NCBI GenBank assembly: GCA_013239625.1
Contig: MU056063.1
Span: forward strand, 8,804,122-8,868,121
Source of the DNA: Lama guanicoe
Taxonomy: Eukaryota
Length of the DNA stretch: 64,000 nt
Direction: 5' to 3'
A model generated the notes under the pieces. That model had not been told where the DNA came from, made no database searches, and saw only the letters and a program-made list of their open reading frames with translations. The translations under genes were made by a program, and so were the position numbers. Shown piece by piece: positions 13,710 to 24,981 of the stretch (positions are counted from its first letter, which is position 1; every line of letters starts with the position of its first letter).

Positions 13710-14829
13710 TATGGATGCAAAACATCTGTATTCTGAAAACTATAAAACTCTGATGAAAGAAACTGTAGACGACATAAACAGATGGAAAGATATACCGTGT
13801 TCTTGGATTGGAAGAATCCATATTGTTAAAATGGCCACACTACCCAAGGCAGTCTACAGACTCGGTGCAATCCCTATCAAATTGTGGCATTTTTGACAAT
13901 GGCATTTTTCACAGAACTGGAACAAAAAAAAGTGTTAAAAATTTGTATGGAAACACAAAAGACCCCAAATAGCCAAAAAATTTTTTAAAAAGAAGAACAG
14001 AGCTGAAGGAATCATGCTCCNNNNNNNNNNNNNNNNNNNNNNNNNNNNNNNNNNNNNNNNNNNNNNNNNNNNNNNNNNNNNNNNNNNNNNNNNNNNNNNN
14101 NNNNNNNNNNNNNNNNNNNNNNNNNNNNNNNNNNNNNNNNNNNNNNNNNNNNNCGACAAAGGAGGCAAGAATATACAATGAAGAAAAGACAGTCTCTTCA
14201 ATAAGTGGTGCTGGGAAAACTGGACAGCTACCTGTAGAAGACTGAAATTAGAACATTCTCTAACACCATGTACAAAAATAGACTCAAAATGGATTACAGA
14301 CCTAAATGTAAAACCAGACATTATAAAACTCCTAGAGGAAAACACAGGCATAACACTCCGACACAAATCACAGCAATATTTTTTTGGATCCATCTCCCAG
14401 AGTAACGAACATAAAAGCAAAACTAAGCTAATAGGATCTAATTAAACTTAGAAGCTTTTGCACAGCAAAGGAAACCATCCACAAAATGAAAAGACAACCT
14501 GGAGAGAGAGAAAATATTTGCAAAAGATGAGACTGACAACGGATTAATTTCCAAAATATACAAGCAGCTCATACAGCTTAATACCAGAAAACTCAATCAA
14601 AAAAANNNNNNNNNNNNNNNNNNNNNNNNNNNNNNNNNNNNNNNNNNNNNNNNNNNNNNNNNNNNNNNNNNNNNNNNNNNNNNNNNNNNNNNNNNNNNNN
14701 NNNNNNNNNNNNNNNNNNNNNNNNNNNNNNNNNNNNNNNNNNNNNNNNNNNNNNNNNNNNNNNNNNAACAAATGCTGGAGAGGGCGTGGAGAACAGGGAA
14801 CCCTCCCGCACCGCTGGTGGAAATGTAAA
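13710..14829 (+). mobile_element. L1 ORF2 C-terminal fragment (younger subfamily), disabled, interrupted by N-gaps
   Basis: Translation [53 protein letters not shown] is L1 ORF2; downstream gacaaaggaggcaagaatatacaatg...tggtgctgggaaaactggacagct; frameshifts and stops present. Confidence 0.92.
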
Positions 14830-15024
14830 NNNNNNNNNNNNNNNNNNNNNNNNNNNNNNNNNNNNNNNNNNNNNNNNNNNNNNNNNNNNNNNNNNNNNNN
14901 NNNNNNNNNNNNNNNNNNNNNNNNNNNNNNNNNNNNNNNNNNNNNNNNNNNNNNNNNNNNNNNNNNNNNNNNNNNNNNNNNNNNNNNNNNNNNNNNNNNN
15001 NNNNNNNNNNNNNNNNNNNNNNNN

Positions 15025-15247
15025 GCGGTGCTGTGTGGTGGGACACGTGACGGCGCGCGCAGGCGCACTGGTGCGCTCCCGTCAGCTCGAGAGACTGCAG
15101 CTGTTTGCCTTGATGCTAAAGCTGCAGGGACTTGCCGTCGCCGCTGTTGGGACCGGTGTGCTCCTCCTCCGCAATAAAGGCGCGTCGGAGAGCCCTGCGG
15201 CTCCGTGGGTCTTCCGTCTGCCAAATCCCCAGAGTGCCTGCAGTACA
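15025..15247 (+). mobile_element. CpG-rich putative LTR 3' portion (R/U5-like, possibly ERV2/ERVK class)
   Basis: AATAAA at 15173-15178 followed by ccctgcggctccgtgggtcttccgtc and a ...gtaCA end; 5' boundary hidden in the N-gap. Confidence 0.45.
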
Positions 15248-15414
15248 CCAGGGACAGGAGACCGCGGGGACCCACGCGTCATCCATAGGGACGGTGTGAT
15301 ACAAGGGCTCTGCCGATACTCTGTTTACTTTCTTCACCCAGGAGTGAGGTCTCCAAATGATAGGGACAGAAGGGGCCCAGGGAGAAGAGACGCAGCCTGG
15401 GTTGGGGACCCCTC

Positions 15415-15844
15415 TGTAACCTGACAGGGCCGTGTGCCTGATGTGCAGGGAGGCCAAACCAAAACGTGGGAGTTTGGAGCAGAGGAAGGTTTACTGCTCG
15501 GTTGAGCAAGGACACGTGGCTTGTGCCCAAAAACCCCAACTCTACAAAGGGGCTCAGCTGAGCCTTTTTAAAGGCGACTGAGGGAGGGGCGTTCCAGGGC
15601 AGGTGATCAGCTGTGCGTAATTCTTTGGTTGATGGTGATCCATCCTTAGGAGCCCGGTCTCGGGGCCACATGCTTATGGTCATTAAGTAGTTAACTTCTT
15701 CCCTTTGGTGGTGGTTTTGAGCATCTGAAAACCTCAGGAAGCTTGCACGAGATTTTATAATCTGGGTCCTTAAGAGAGGAGCTGCAGCAGAGGATACAGG
15801 GAGGGTCTGTCTTGGGAGGCCCACTAGGGTCCTGCTTGGGTACA
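15415..15844 (-). mobile_element. Solo LTR, 430 bp (ERV1-like)
   Basis: TGTAAC...GGTACA termini; flanks CCTC (15411-14) and TCTC (15845-48) fit a 4-bp TSD with one mismatch; on the - strand a TATA-like cctttaaaaa precedes an AGTAAA poly(A)-signal variant. Confidence 0.7.
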
Positions 15845-16352
15845 TCTCCAGGCCTTGGCAATTCCTGCCCAGTTCTGAGAACGAGCTTAGGTGATGATCA
15901 GGGATGCCTGGACCAGGGCTGGCTGGCCCTGTGCAATAACGGTGCACCTGTGCTCACCTGGGGGCACACAGTCACCTGGGGTCTTGTTAAATAGCCAGTC
16001 AGGCAAAGAAATTGAAAGAATAAGAGAATCTGCAAAGATGAGGCAAGAAAAATATCCCAAATTTTAATAAGGGGGAAAAGTAGATTCAGGGACTTCCCTG
16101 TGTTTCCCACCTGATGGAAGCTCTGTCTCTGTCTTCAAACCTGCAGCAGACTTCTCGCTGGGCTGGTCCTCTGGGAGCACCTGAGCCACAGAGAGCCAGG
16201 TAGAGTGTGTGTCAGGGCACCGGGGCGCCTGTAGCTGGCAGGCCCTTGCTGGCTCGGGCAGTCCCGGCCCAGCCCGCCACGGGGTCCAGGGCTGAGCCAC
16301 TGTGTCCCAGGCCCTGCATCTCCATGTGGCCATGCCAGATCGCCGGTTTTAT

Positions 16353-16510
16353 CTTCACTGTAGTGAAACACACATAACATAAAAGCTACTGTTAAAAACC
16401 ACCCTAAACTGTATAGCTCAGGGGCAGTACCATCCATCTCCAGAACATTCTCACTATCCCAGCTGAAACTCTGTCCCCACTAAACGCTAACCTCCCTCCC
16501 CCCGTGTCCT
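16353..16510 (-). mobile_element. L1MB-type 3' UTR fragment
   Basis: gtagtgaaacacacataacataaaa...accatccatctccagaacattctcactatcccagctgaaactctgtccccactaaac. Confidence 0.7.
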
Positions 16511-18770
16511 CTCTTTGGTTCCTCTCCATACTCGCCCGTCCCTACAGGACCAGTGGCCCCGCTGGCCTCACGGCAGGTGGGGCGGAGGGCTCTGCCGTCC
16601 TGATTGGGACGCAGCTGAGGGCAGGCCCTCTGGCGCTGGTCCAGCTTGGGGGCCTCTCAGGGGTGTCCTGGCTGCGCTCCTGGGCCCACAGCACACTCCT
16701 GCCCTCTGCCTGGAGTGGGGACTTTCTTCTGTCCCCTGGGCCCAGGTGCATCGGGGTCTCCCCAGTCCTGGAGAGCGGTTCTCCTGGAAGGCGGGCTATG
16801 TTCTGCAGGGGGTAGGGAGAGGGACCAGCAGGTCTGGGTGGCCCTGGGCTCTGCCAGCATCACAGGAACCCCCTCCTCAGGACTCTTGGGGTCGTGGTGT
16901 GGACTGAAGTTAAATAAAGGCATATGATGCAAGAAAATGGGAGAGAAAAGGGAATTCCAGGGGAAATACACAAAGCTGAACCAGAAACTTCTATTCAAAG
17001 AAACAGTAAGAAAAAGTCAGGCTACTGCTGTCATCAGTTTCCATGCCCGGGGCTGGGCACAGTCAGTCAGTCAGGTTATCCGGCTGAGGCGGGAGGACCC
17101 GAGGGGGCTGAATCCTTGCTGTTTGTGTGGGATGACTGCCCGGGTCGTAGTGCAGATGCTGGGTGAGGTGATGGACTCGAGTGAACGGGGCAGGGAGGTG
17201 GCTGCGCCCCACCTGAAGCTCAGCTGGACTGTTTTCCTCATCACCTTGGACGGCACTACTTTGATGACAATTTAAAAGAACCCCAAGCCAGGTAATTCAC
17301 CAATACATGCATGATGCAACGATAAAAAAGGTAAAAATAAAGACAGAGAACAGAAACAGTGAACAAAAGAGGAAGGAGAGATTTGTTGTAAAAATGGGTC
17401 GGTGATTGACCTGGGGGTGGAGGCCTCCTGAGGACGTTGGGGGGCGGGGCGGGAAGGGGGTGCCTGATGACAGGGTGGTGGCAGATTCAGGGTTTTGTAT
17501 CCATAAGTGGACTAACACAGTCCTTTCAGAGTACTTCTAAAAGAATCCTTCTTAAAGACAAGGAAAAAAACAAGAAAAAAACATACTAATATAAAGGCAT
17601 CTCAGAATGTATCTTAGAAAGAAAAACTCTGCCAAGTTCCCTTAAACCTTTAATCCCAAAATGCTTTAGATAACTTAATGACGAGAGAACTGCTCTTTCC
17701 TGACAACCCTTGGGCAGTGGGGAGTAATCGCCTTTGAGATCTGGAGCTATAATCTCAAGAGCCTGGGGATGCACCTGGGGGAGGCCTTTGGGGGAGCCTG
17801 GGGCCCGGGGGAGCCTGGGGCCCGAGGGCCCCTGAGCTGTGCAGGAACATCAGCTTCGGAAGGCATGGCCCCTATGTGGCGTGCAGGCTGCTAAGTACCA
17901 CCGGAGAGCAAAGGTGTTCCCGCGAGTCACGTGGTGAAGTGCCGTCTGAGTAAGGGGACGTGGGCAAGAGGCTGGCAGAGCCAACTGTGAAGCAGAGGAG
18001 CCATATGATCTGCGAGAGGAGCGACTGTGGTGCAGAAGCTGTCCTGGGAAGAGCCCTGCCGCGTGTGGCCAGGAAGGAGGCTACAGCTATCCAGTACCTG
18101 TGGTGTGCGGCTCGCAGCCCCACCGCCCACTCCTGGCTGGAGGCAGCAAAGTGGGGCTTGGTCCAGGCCTCGGTGCGATGCTAAAGTGATGACCACCGTG
18201 ATGGGGACAACATTGTCCTCTGTGCCAGATCTCGTTCAGTGAGTGCAGGGCCCCTTAATTACCCCATTTCACCCCTAAAGGACCAGGCATGAGGGTAAGG
18301 GGGCCAACTAACATGGTTCAAGAAACACCTGCCTTTGTCCGAGGTCTTATGCTCAATGACCATCTAAGAAAACTCCCGTTGTCCCCAGACAGCGGCTCCT
18401 GGGAGCTTACAACCACCTATGGCGGGGGGGAGGGCATCTCCCATTATTTGTCAGCTCAACCTCCAAGATCAGCCACTTTTTCAGAAGAAATCACCCTAAT
18501 CCCTTAGTTTCTCTGCACTACTCCTGTTCACAGCTGATGTTTTCTGTAGCTGCAAAGGCTTTTAGAGTCAAAAGGACCCCAATGCCCCTCAGGGAAGAGG
18601 ACAAAGGAGAGATGGTGGGCCAGACCCCAGCCTCAGGGACAAATACAGGCCCAGTCCTGGAGCCTGACCTGCGGCATGCAGGGGACGTGAGGGCAGGGAG
18701 GTGCCACCATGGGCAGCTCCAACTCTGATTTCATTGCTAATGTGAATTTAATTCAGGACCTTAACGACAT

Positions 18771-18900
18771 CTTAAAATGGCTTTTGTATTTAATTACGGG
18801 TAACCCAGGTAAGTACAGGTGAGCAATCCTTACAACAACTTAAAAAGGCTTTTGTATTTAATTATGGGCAACCCAGGTAAGTACAGGTGAGCAATCCTTA
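18771..18900. repeat. Direct tandem duplication, period 68 bp, 2 copies
   Basis: cttaaaatggcttttgtatttaattacgggtaacccaggtaagtacaggtgagcaatcctta at 18771 recurs at 18839 with 3 substitutions over 62 bp. Confidence 0.95.
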
Positions 18901-20769
18901 GGCAGGCACAGGAAATCCAAGAGCATTAATGGGCTTCCAATGACCTATGGTGCATTGTGTTGTAAGTGTAATTAAATTGCTTCCTTCAAATGCAGCTCAT
19001 TGCTGATTAATAAAAATGTGTTCTCTATTTACACGATACTTATCATCCCAGTGTACTTTACAGGCCAAATAACATTTCATAAATGTGGGTGCAAATTATA
19101 TTTAACTTGCATCAACAGATTAGAGACTCGGCTCTGCTAATGCTGATGCAATCAGGTGAATTTAAAAGAACGTTGAATCGATTTTCTTTTCCTGAAGACA
19201 GTCGTCTTGGAAGGACTCTTACATTTTTCCTGTGGTCCTTATGTTCTCACCATCATAAAAAGAATTCCTGATCTTAAATTCTGCCCCCCCACCGCCCCTG
19301 TATATGGGGAATTGAGCACAGGAGCCCCACAGCTGTCCCGTCCCCTGGCTCTGTGCCAAGTGTTGTTTAAAAAAGGCCCTGAAAATAGAATCTCCTCTCA
19401 GAGACTGAAGATCCCAGGAGGGTCCTTTCACCTGCCTCCCTTTTCTATTTCCAAGTCTTGTTTGTGACAAAGTGCTGGCAGGTGGGGTAGGGACGCCAGA
19501 GTCCAACACACACGGGCATTTCTGTAGCACAGGCAGAAGGTGGGTTATGAGAGAAACCCCACTTGGGTGTCTCTCCTCCTGGGGTTCCTGGAAGCAGGAT
19601 TCATTCTTCCTTCCTGCAGGTAGCCATGGCTCCCTGGGTGGGGGACTTCCAGGGGCAATGGACCTAGGACTTCGGAACTACAATAGGACTCAACTGACCC
19701 CAGACCTAATGCGAACAGGTGGCACTTTCCACCCTTGGAACTCGGCAGGCTTCCCAGATGCCCCGTCCTAATCCTGCGATCACGTGCCCACGGCACTTAG
19801 AGATGGTCAGGGTGTTTGAGAGCTGCTTCCAAGTCGTGCTCCAGAGCCACAACCTACAAAAGAACTCCTGGAACTGAGAGAGATTCTCCCTAACCCTGTC
19901 TTGGCAATGTTTAAAATTTACATCAAGAATCACAGGTGCTTAGCGCTGTGGGCACCTTCACGGTAACTGGCTCGTCCCGCGGCCAGCGAAGAGCGGCACC
20001 TGCACTCTGGCGGCTGCTGTAAGGTCAGCGCTGTGGGATGGTCCTGGGGCCCACGCTTTCCTGCATCAGGTGACATTTCATAGGGGAGGGTGGGAGCCGA
20101 GGTGATGTGTGTCACTCAGGCACAGTCCTCTGGCTGGAGGGTGGGCTCCGGCTTAGAGCAGCACCAGGGAGGGTGTGGGTCCCACGTCATCACCCCCACC
20201 AACCAGGACACCACACTGGACGTCAGTCAGAAGTGGATTTTCATCGCATCAGGTCATAGAATCTGGTGTCTGTGTATTGCCAAAACCAGCATTACCCTAG
20301 CTGGTGCACCCATGGCGGACAGTCACTGCTTGAACATTTTCCTGCTGAGAATCCTCCTGCTTGGCAGGGCCGTCCACTCTATTTCTGAATTAGTAGATCA
20401 CCGTTCTTTATCATGATAGAAACCCCTCCCTCAGCTGCCACACATGGAGATCCGAGTCCCATTAGCCACACCCAGATCCATATTTTCAAAGGTTTACATT
20501 TACCAATAGGTGAAGTACAGCTTTACTGTGGGATGGCTGTTACCCACCCATCACACCCCTGAGCAGGTGAGTACCAGGGTGTGCCCAGAACAAGCTCTGA
20601 TTGGACCCAAAGGGAGAACTCAGCGTCCAGGTCAGTAAAACGCGGGGCCCAGGCTGGACTCTGGGCCCCTCACCTCCTCCAGCTCTCAGAGTAAGCCTGC
20701 CTCTGCAATGAGGCTGCAAACCCACTGTATCTGGATGTGATGTTTCCCCAGGAAAAGACATATTTGTAA

Positions 20770-21120
20770 TCACGTGTCCTTCTAAAACCTTGATCCCCAT
20801 CAAGAGGTGGACTCTATTTCCTCAGCTCCTTAACCCGATGAGCTCCTGTGACAAATGCCTGGACAAACAGGAACAGAGGAAGGGTCCTGTGGGACTCCTG
20901 AGGGGCGAGACCTTTCTCTCCGGCCCCAGGCCACCGGGAGAGTCTGCGTGTCAGTGCTCTGGCCACAGCCAGGCCAGGCGTGTGAGCCTTGTGGCAGAGT
21001 GGAGAAGAGACAAGCTGTCCCCACCTAGCCCTGTCCAAGTGACAGATGTGTGAGCAAAATAAACAGCGGTGTCCCAGGGCAGTGGACATTGGACGTCCCA
21101 TGGCAACTCTATGCTGCCAT
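20770..21120 (+). mobile_element. MaLR LTR (MLT1-type) remnant
   Basis: cccatcaagaggtggactctatttcctcagctcctt...tggagaagagacaagctgtccccacctagccctgtccaagtgacagatgtgtgagcaaaataaac. Confidence 0.7.
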
Positions 21121-24100
21121 CCTGTTCCTCTGGTGAGTCAGGCCGATGAGGCCATAGAGCCCACACCAGGCCACCGGCGATTTCCCAGCAAGAAAACAAA
21201 CCAAAAAAGTCGTGGTATCAATATTTGTACTCGTGTGGTCAGGGACCCTGCTCATTCCCAGGCATTCAGAGAAGGGGGCATAGGCAGAAATTTTGGAAGG
21301 TGGGAGGACTGACCATAGAGGGAGTGAGGCTACATGTGTCTGTCCCTGGCGAGGACGTCCACGGGGCGAGGAGCCTGGCTGCAGGAGGGTGGGTGTGGTT
21401 GGGGCTGATGGGGACAGTGCCACTGGGAGTCTGTGAGTCTGTCTCTGAAGCTCTTCTGGGAAAGCCTCACCTGAGGCCCACACGAGGCTGCAAGCTGGCT
21501 TTTCAAGGAGTGTCCAGATCCTCCTTTGGGTGGTGGCCCTGGGGCCATGTGAGCGGTCTGTGATGTGCGCTGAGGCACACACCAGCTTCTGTGTGTGTTT
21601 CACTCGCAAGGTCCATGTGTTGCACCAGAGCGCAGAGTGGAAGCCGCTCCTGGCAGATTCGCAGCTCTCATCTTTCCTCAGAAGGAGGGGGCATTACCTC
21701 ACCCGAGGAAAGGCCCCATTACTCCTCCTCACGAGACTGACTGTTCTCCGTTAGCTCTTCCATAAGTATTTCACATTTTTCTAGAAAACACATCAATATT
21801 ATTCATAATTGACACCCTCCCCTTGGATGACTTAGGGCGTACTTCTGCCAAGACATGAATTCAGATGTTAAACTTCATTCAATGTCAATGACACTGTGAT
21901 TATTCTGGAAGCTTTTCTTGATATTCAATTTTCATTCATTTTGCTTATGACTAATTTAAATAAGGGACTGTCTTTATGTGTTAAACGTGTTGCCAGGGCT
22001 TTAGCTGATAACTGCACGGTGCGTGAGCTCCCAGTCTCTTCCCAGATCTGGGGCCAAGCTAAAGTAAAGTGAGCTATGGCTCCAGATTGGAGGAAAATCT
22101 ATTATAATTCTTTTGAAGACTGTGAGCGAAAACACAGGCAATGGCAGGATTATTTTTAATACCAGAAAGCACTTGCAGTATTTTTGTCACAGCGCTATGG
22201 AAACTGCAGTCAGTCACAAGCGGACGCCTCACCGAGCAAAGTGTTCCTTCCTGCAGACCTGAGCCAGTTCTGACTCATTTATCTAACTGGATGCTGCGCC
22301 GTCAGTCAGAACAAATTCACGTTTGAAATGTCGATGGTCCCAGTAATCACTCCAGCCCATATTTAGTCAGATTGAGCGAAGCCCAGAGGTTGCTCATGGA
22401 CCCCCTCTGCGTGGCCCACGGCCCCCACCCAAAGGGTCTGGCTTCATCCCGTGGTGGCCCTGCAGCCCCTGCACCCTGAGAGTGGCAGTCACCCCGGGAA
22501 GACCTGGCCTGTCAGGGGTCTGGACTCACCTTCTTTTACACCAGGGGCATTCCAGGTCAGTCCCTCCCCATAGGCCACCTCAGCCAGCAGGGCTTCCCGG
22601 GGGGCACCTCTCAGAATCACCCTCACACTCGGCCGTCTTCTGGCTGGGGGTGCTGGGTAGGGAGGGTCTTCCAGCCTCGGCCACATGCTCACTGGGTCAG
22701 CATCCCGCGAGCACTGCAACCCAGGTCTCAGATCAACCTGGCCTCTTTCTGGACTCTGACCTCTCCTCCAGCCTTCAGTCGGAAAGTGTCTCAGGGCTAA
22801 GAAGACTGTGGAAACTGACCTGCAGCCTCTCGGCCCCACATTCCAACAGCTCTGGGGAGAGGAGCTCTGGCCGACACACACAACCGTCTACCTGTCTTAC
22901 TGTCTGTAACTCAGGTAACTCTTCCTGGCACAAAGAAGGCCCCTGAGGGACCCTGGCCTTGCCGCCACAGCATTGGGTGTCACTCTGCTTACAGAGCTGT
23001 CCACGTTCCCCCAGGACACCAGCCGGGTGTCCAGGCCTCTCAACATGAGGAAGCAAAGGTGAAGTTCTGTACAGCAATGACACATTCTGCACTTGGACAA
23101 ATGATATTTGCACCCAAAGTGCCTGGAGCCACTGCCTCACTAGCGACACCTGTGAGCCTGGGACCGACCCTCCGTCACCCTTTCTGCAACATTTGCAAAG
23201 CACTCGGTCACACCTGTAAGGCATCTTGCAGCCTCAGGTGGAACGTGTTAGGGTGACAAGGGTCCCCCTGCTGCAGGCCCCTGTCCTCGTCCTCGTCCTC
23301 CAAGGAAGCAGGAAAGGTTCCTCCCTGCAGGTTCCCAGGGAGGAACAGTGCCTCCTCCTCTCACCCATGGCCTCATCCGTCACCTCCAGGAAAATCGTTC
23401 CCAGACCCACATGCCCGGCTCTGCGTTCCCTCCGGAACACCAGACACCTGCACCCGGGCCTGCCAGCACCTCAAACTTGTGCCTAAAATAAGGGTCATTG
23501 TCTGGCCCCTTAATTTGGTCCCGCGCTCCCCTTTCTGGTCAAGGGTCTTCCTAATGCCTCCTGCCCTCTACGCTCAGGCCTGACCAGCTGACCAGCCAGA
23601 GGAGGCATTTCCTTTCTCCTGTGTATCCAGCACCTGCTGGCTCGTAGGGAGGACATGAGCTTAAATCTGGACATGCGAGGAGCTGGGACTCAGGAAGGGG
23701 AGACAGAGCATCTGTGTTGCGTGAGTGCGAGGGACGGGGTCCAAGGGGAAAGACCAGGCGTAGTTTCCAAGGAAACAGGAGAGAAGGGGCTGACGTGTGT
23801 GCGTGCCCACTTTGTCCGGTCTAACACCCGCTTTGGTGTGGGTTTCCCCGGAAGCAGGTCCTCAGGCAGGTCCTCAGGCAGGTAGCTGGGCTGAGTTGAG
23901 GAAGGCCAAGTGCTTTGCAGAGACAGAGCTGAGGTCAAAGTGAAGCACTTGCGGGGAGGGTCACAGACCTGCAGGCGGCGGGGCAGCGGGGCAGCAGGGC
24001 GGGTGTGTTCAGACGCAGACGCTATATTATTACCTCATGCCTGCGCGCACGATACATCCTGTGTGAAATTAATTTTGAGAGCTTCGTTCCTTTTCATACA

Positions 24101-24481
24101 AAGAAAGTGCAGTAGAAATGTGAGCTGTCAGATGCCCAAAAGCGTTTATCATGATCTCATACGGTCTTGGATTGAAGGGGGGCTTAGCGGTCAGCTGGTT
24201 CAGCCTCTTCAAATTCGGTGCCGCCCAACTGTGTGGAGGTTTATTAAATGCATATCAACCTTGGGATGGTTCCTGATGGATCTTAAAGACCAATAAACAC
24301 AGGCTTTGCCCTTGAGGAGTTTGCGGGCAGAACACGAAAGGTGCGGGAAAAGAGAGCCACATGGATTCAGAAGAAGGGCAACCAGGAAAGGCATCCTGGA
24401 GGAGGTGGTCTGTGAGATAGATGGGGCTTCGTTGAGGAGCAGAAAGCCGCAGAGAGTTCACACGCGAGGCGGGAAGGTGGG

Positions 24482-24981
24482 GTCATGGTTGGGGGGGAAG
24501 GCACCTCCTCCCTCCCCTCCCTCCTCCTCCCTCTGCCCCCCTTCCCCCCCACCGCCAGCTCTCACCCTCCCTCTCACAGGCCATCTTCTGAATTCCCAAA
24601 ATTGTTTTATATGAATGGCTCTTAGCCTTATTTTCTGATATAATTGACTTACTGAACATGTGCAAATTTAACCGAGTAACATAAAACTGCATTTGTAATA
24701 CTTCAGCTATTCAGTTCCCACTCTTAAGTTCCTAGTCATGGTTGGAAGGCACCTCCTCCCTCCCCTCCCTCCTCCTCCCTCTGCCCCCCTTCCCCCCCAC
24801 CGCCAGCTCTCACCCTCCCTCTCACAGGCCATCTTCTGAATTCCCAAAATTGTTTTATATGAATGGCTCTTAGCCTTATTTTCTGATATAATTGACTTAC
24901 TGAACATGTGCAAATTTAACCGAGTAACATAAAACTGCATTTGTAATACTTCAGCTATTCAGTTCCCACTCTTAAGTTCCT
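24482..24981. repeat. Near-perfect tandem duplication, ~248 bp period, 2 copies
   Basis: 24496-24733 and 24744-24981 read identical (238 bp); both copies start with gtcatggtt followed by G7 vs G2; the ORF track shows the same - strand peptide starting at 24692 and 24940. Confidence 0.97.

Larger units (their letters stand above)
11322..15024. other. Four N-runs: 11322-11520 (199), 14021-14153 (133), 14606-14766 (161), 14830-15024 (195)
   Basis: Counted directly; all lie within or at the edge of L1 sequence. Confidence 0.95.

Noticed and set aside
14544-15424. Long ORFs spanning N-runs
   Set aside because: Length is an artefact of X codons across the gaps.
17790-17823. 17-bp tandem doublet gggggagcctggggccc and similar short doublets (23860 region, 45660 region, 51265 region)
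   Set aside because: Ordinary slippage micro-duplications with no further structure.
18771-24981. Direct repeats considered as a CRISPR-like array
   Set aside because: Only two adjacent copies each, no spacers, eukaryotic context, no cas genes.
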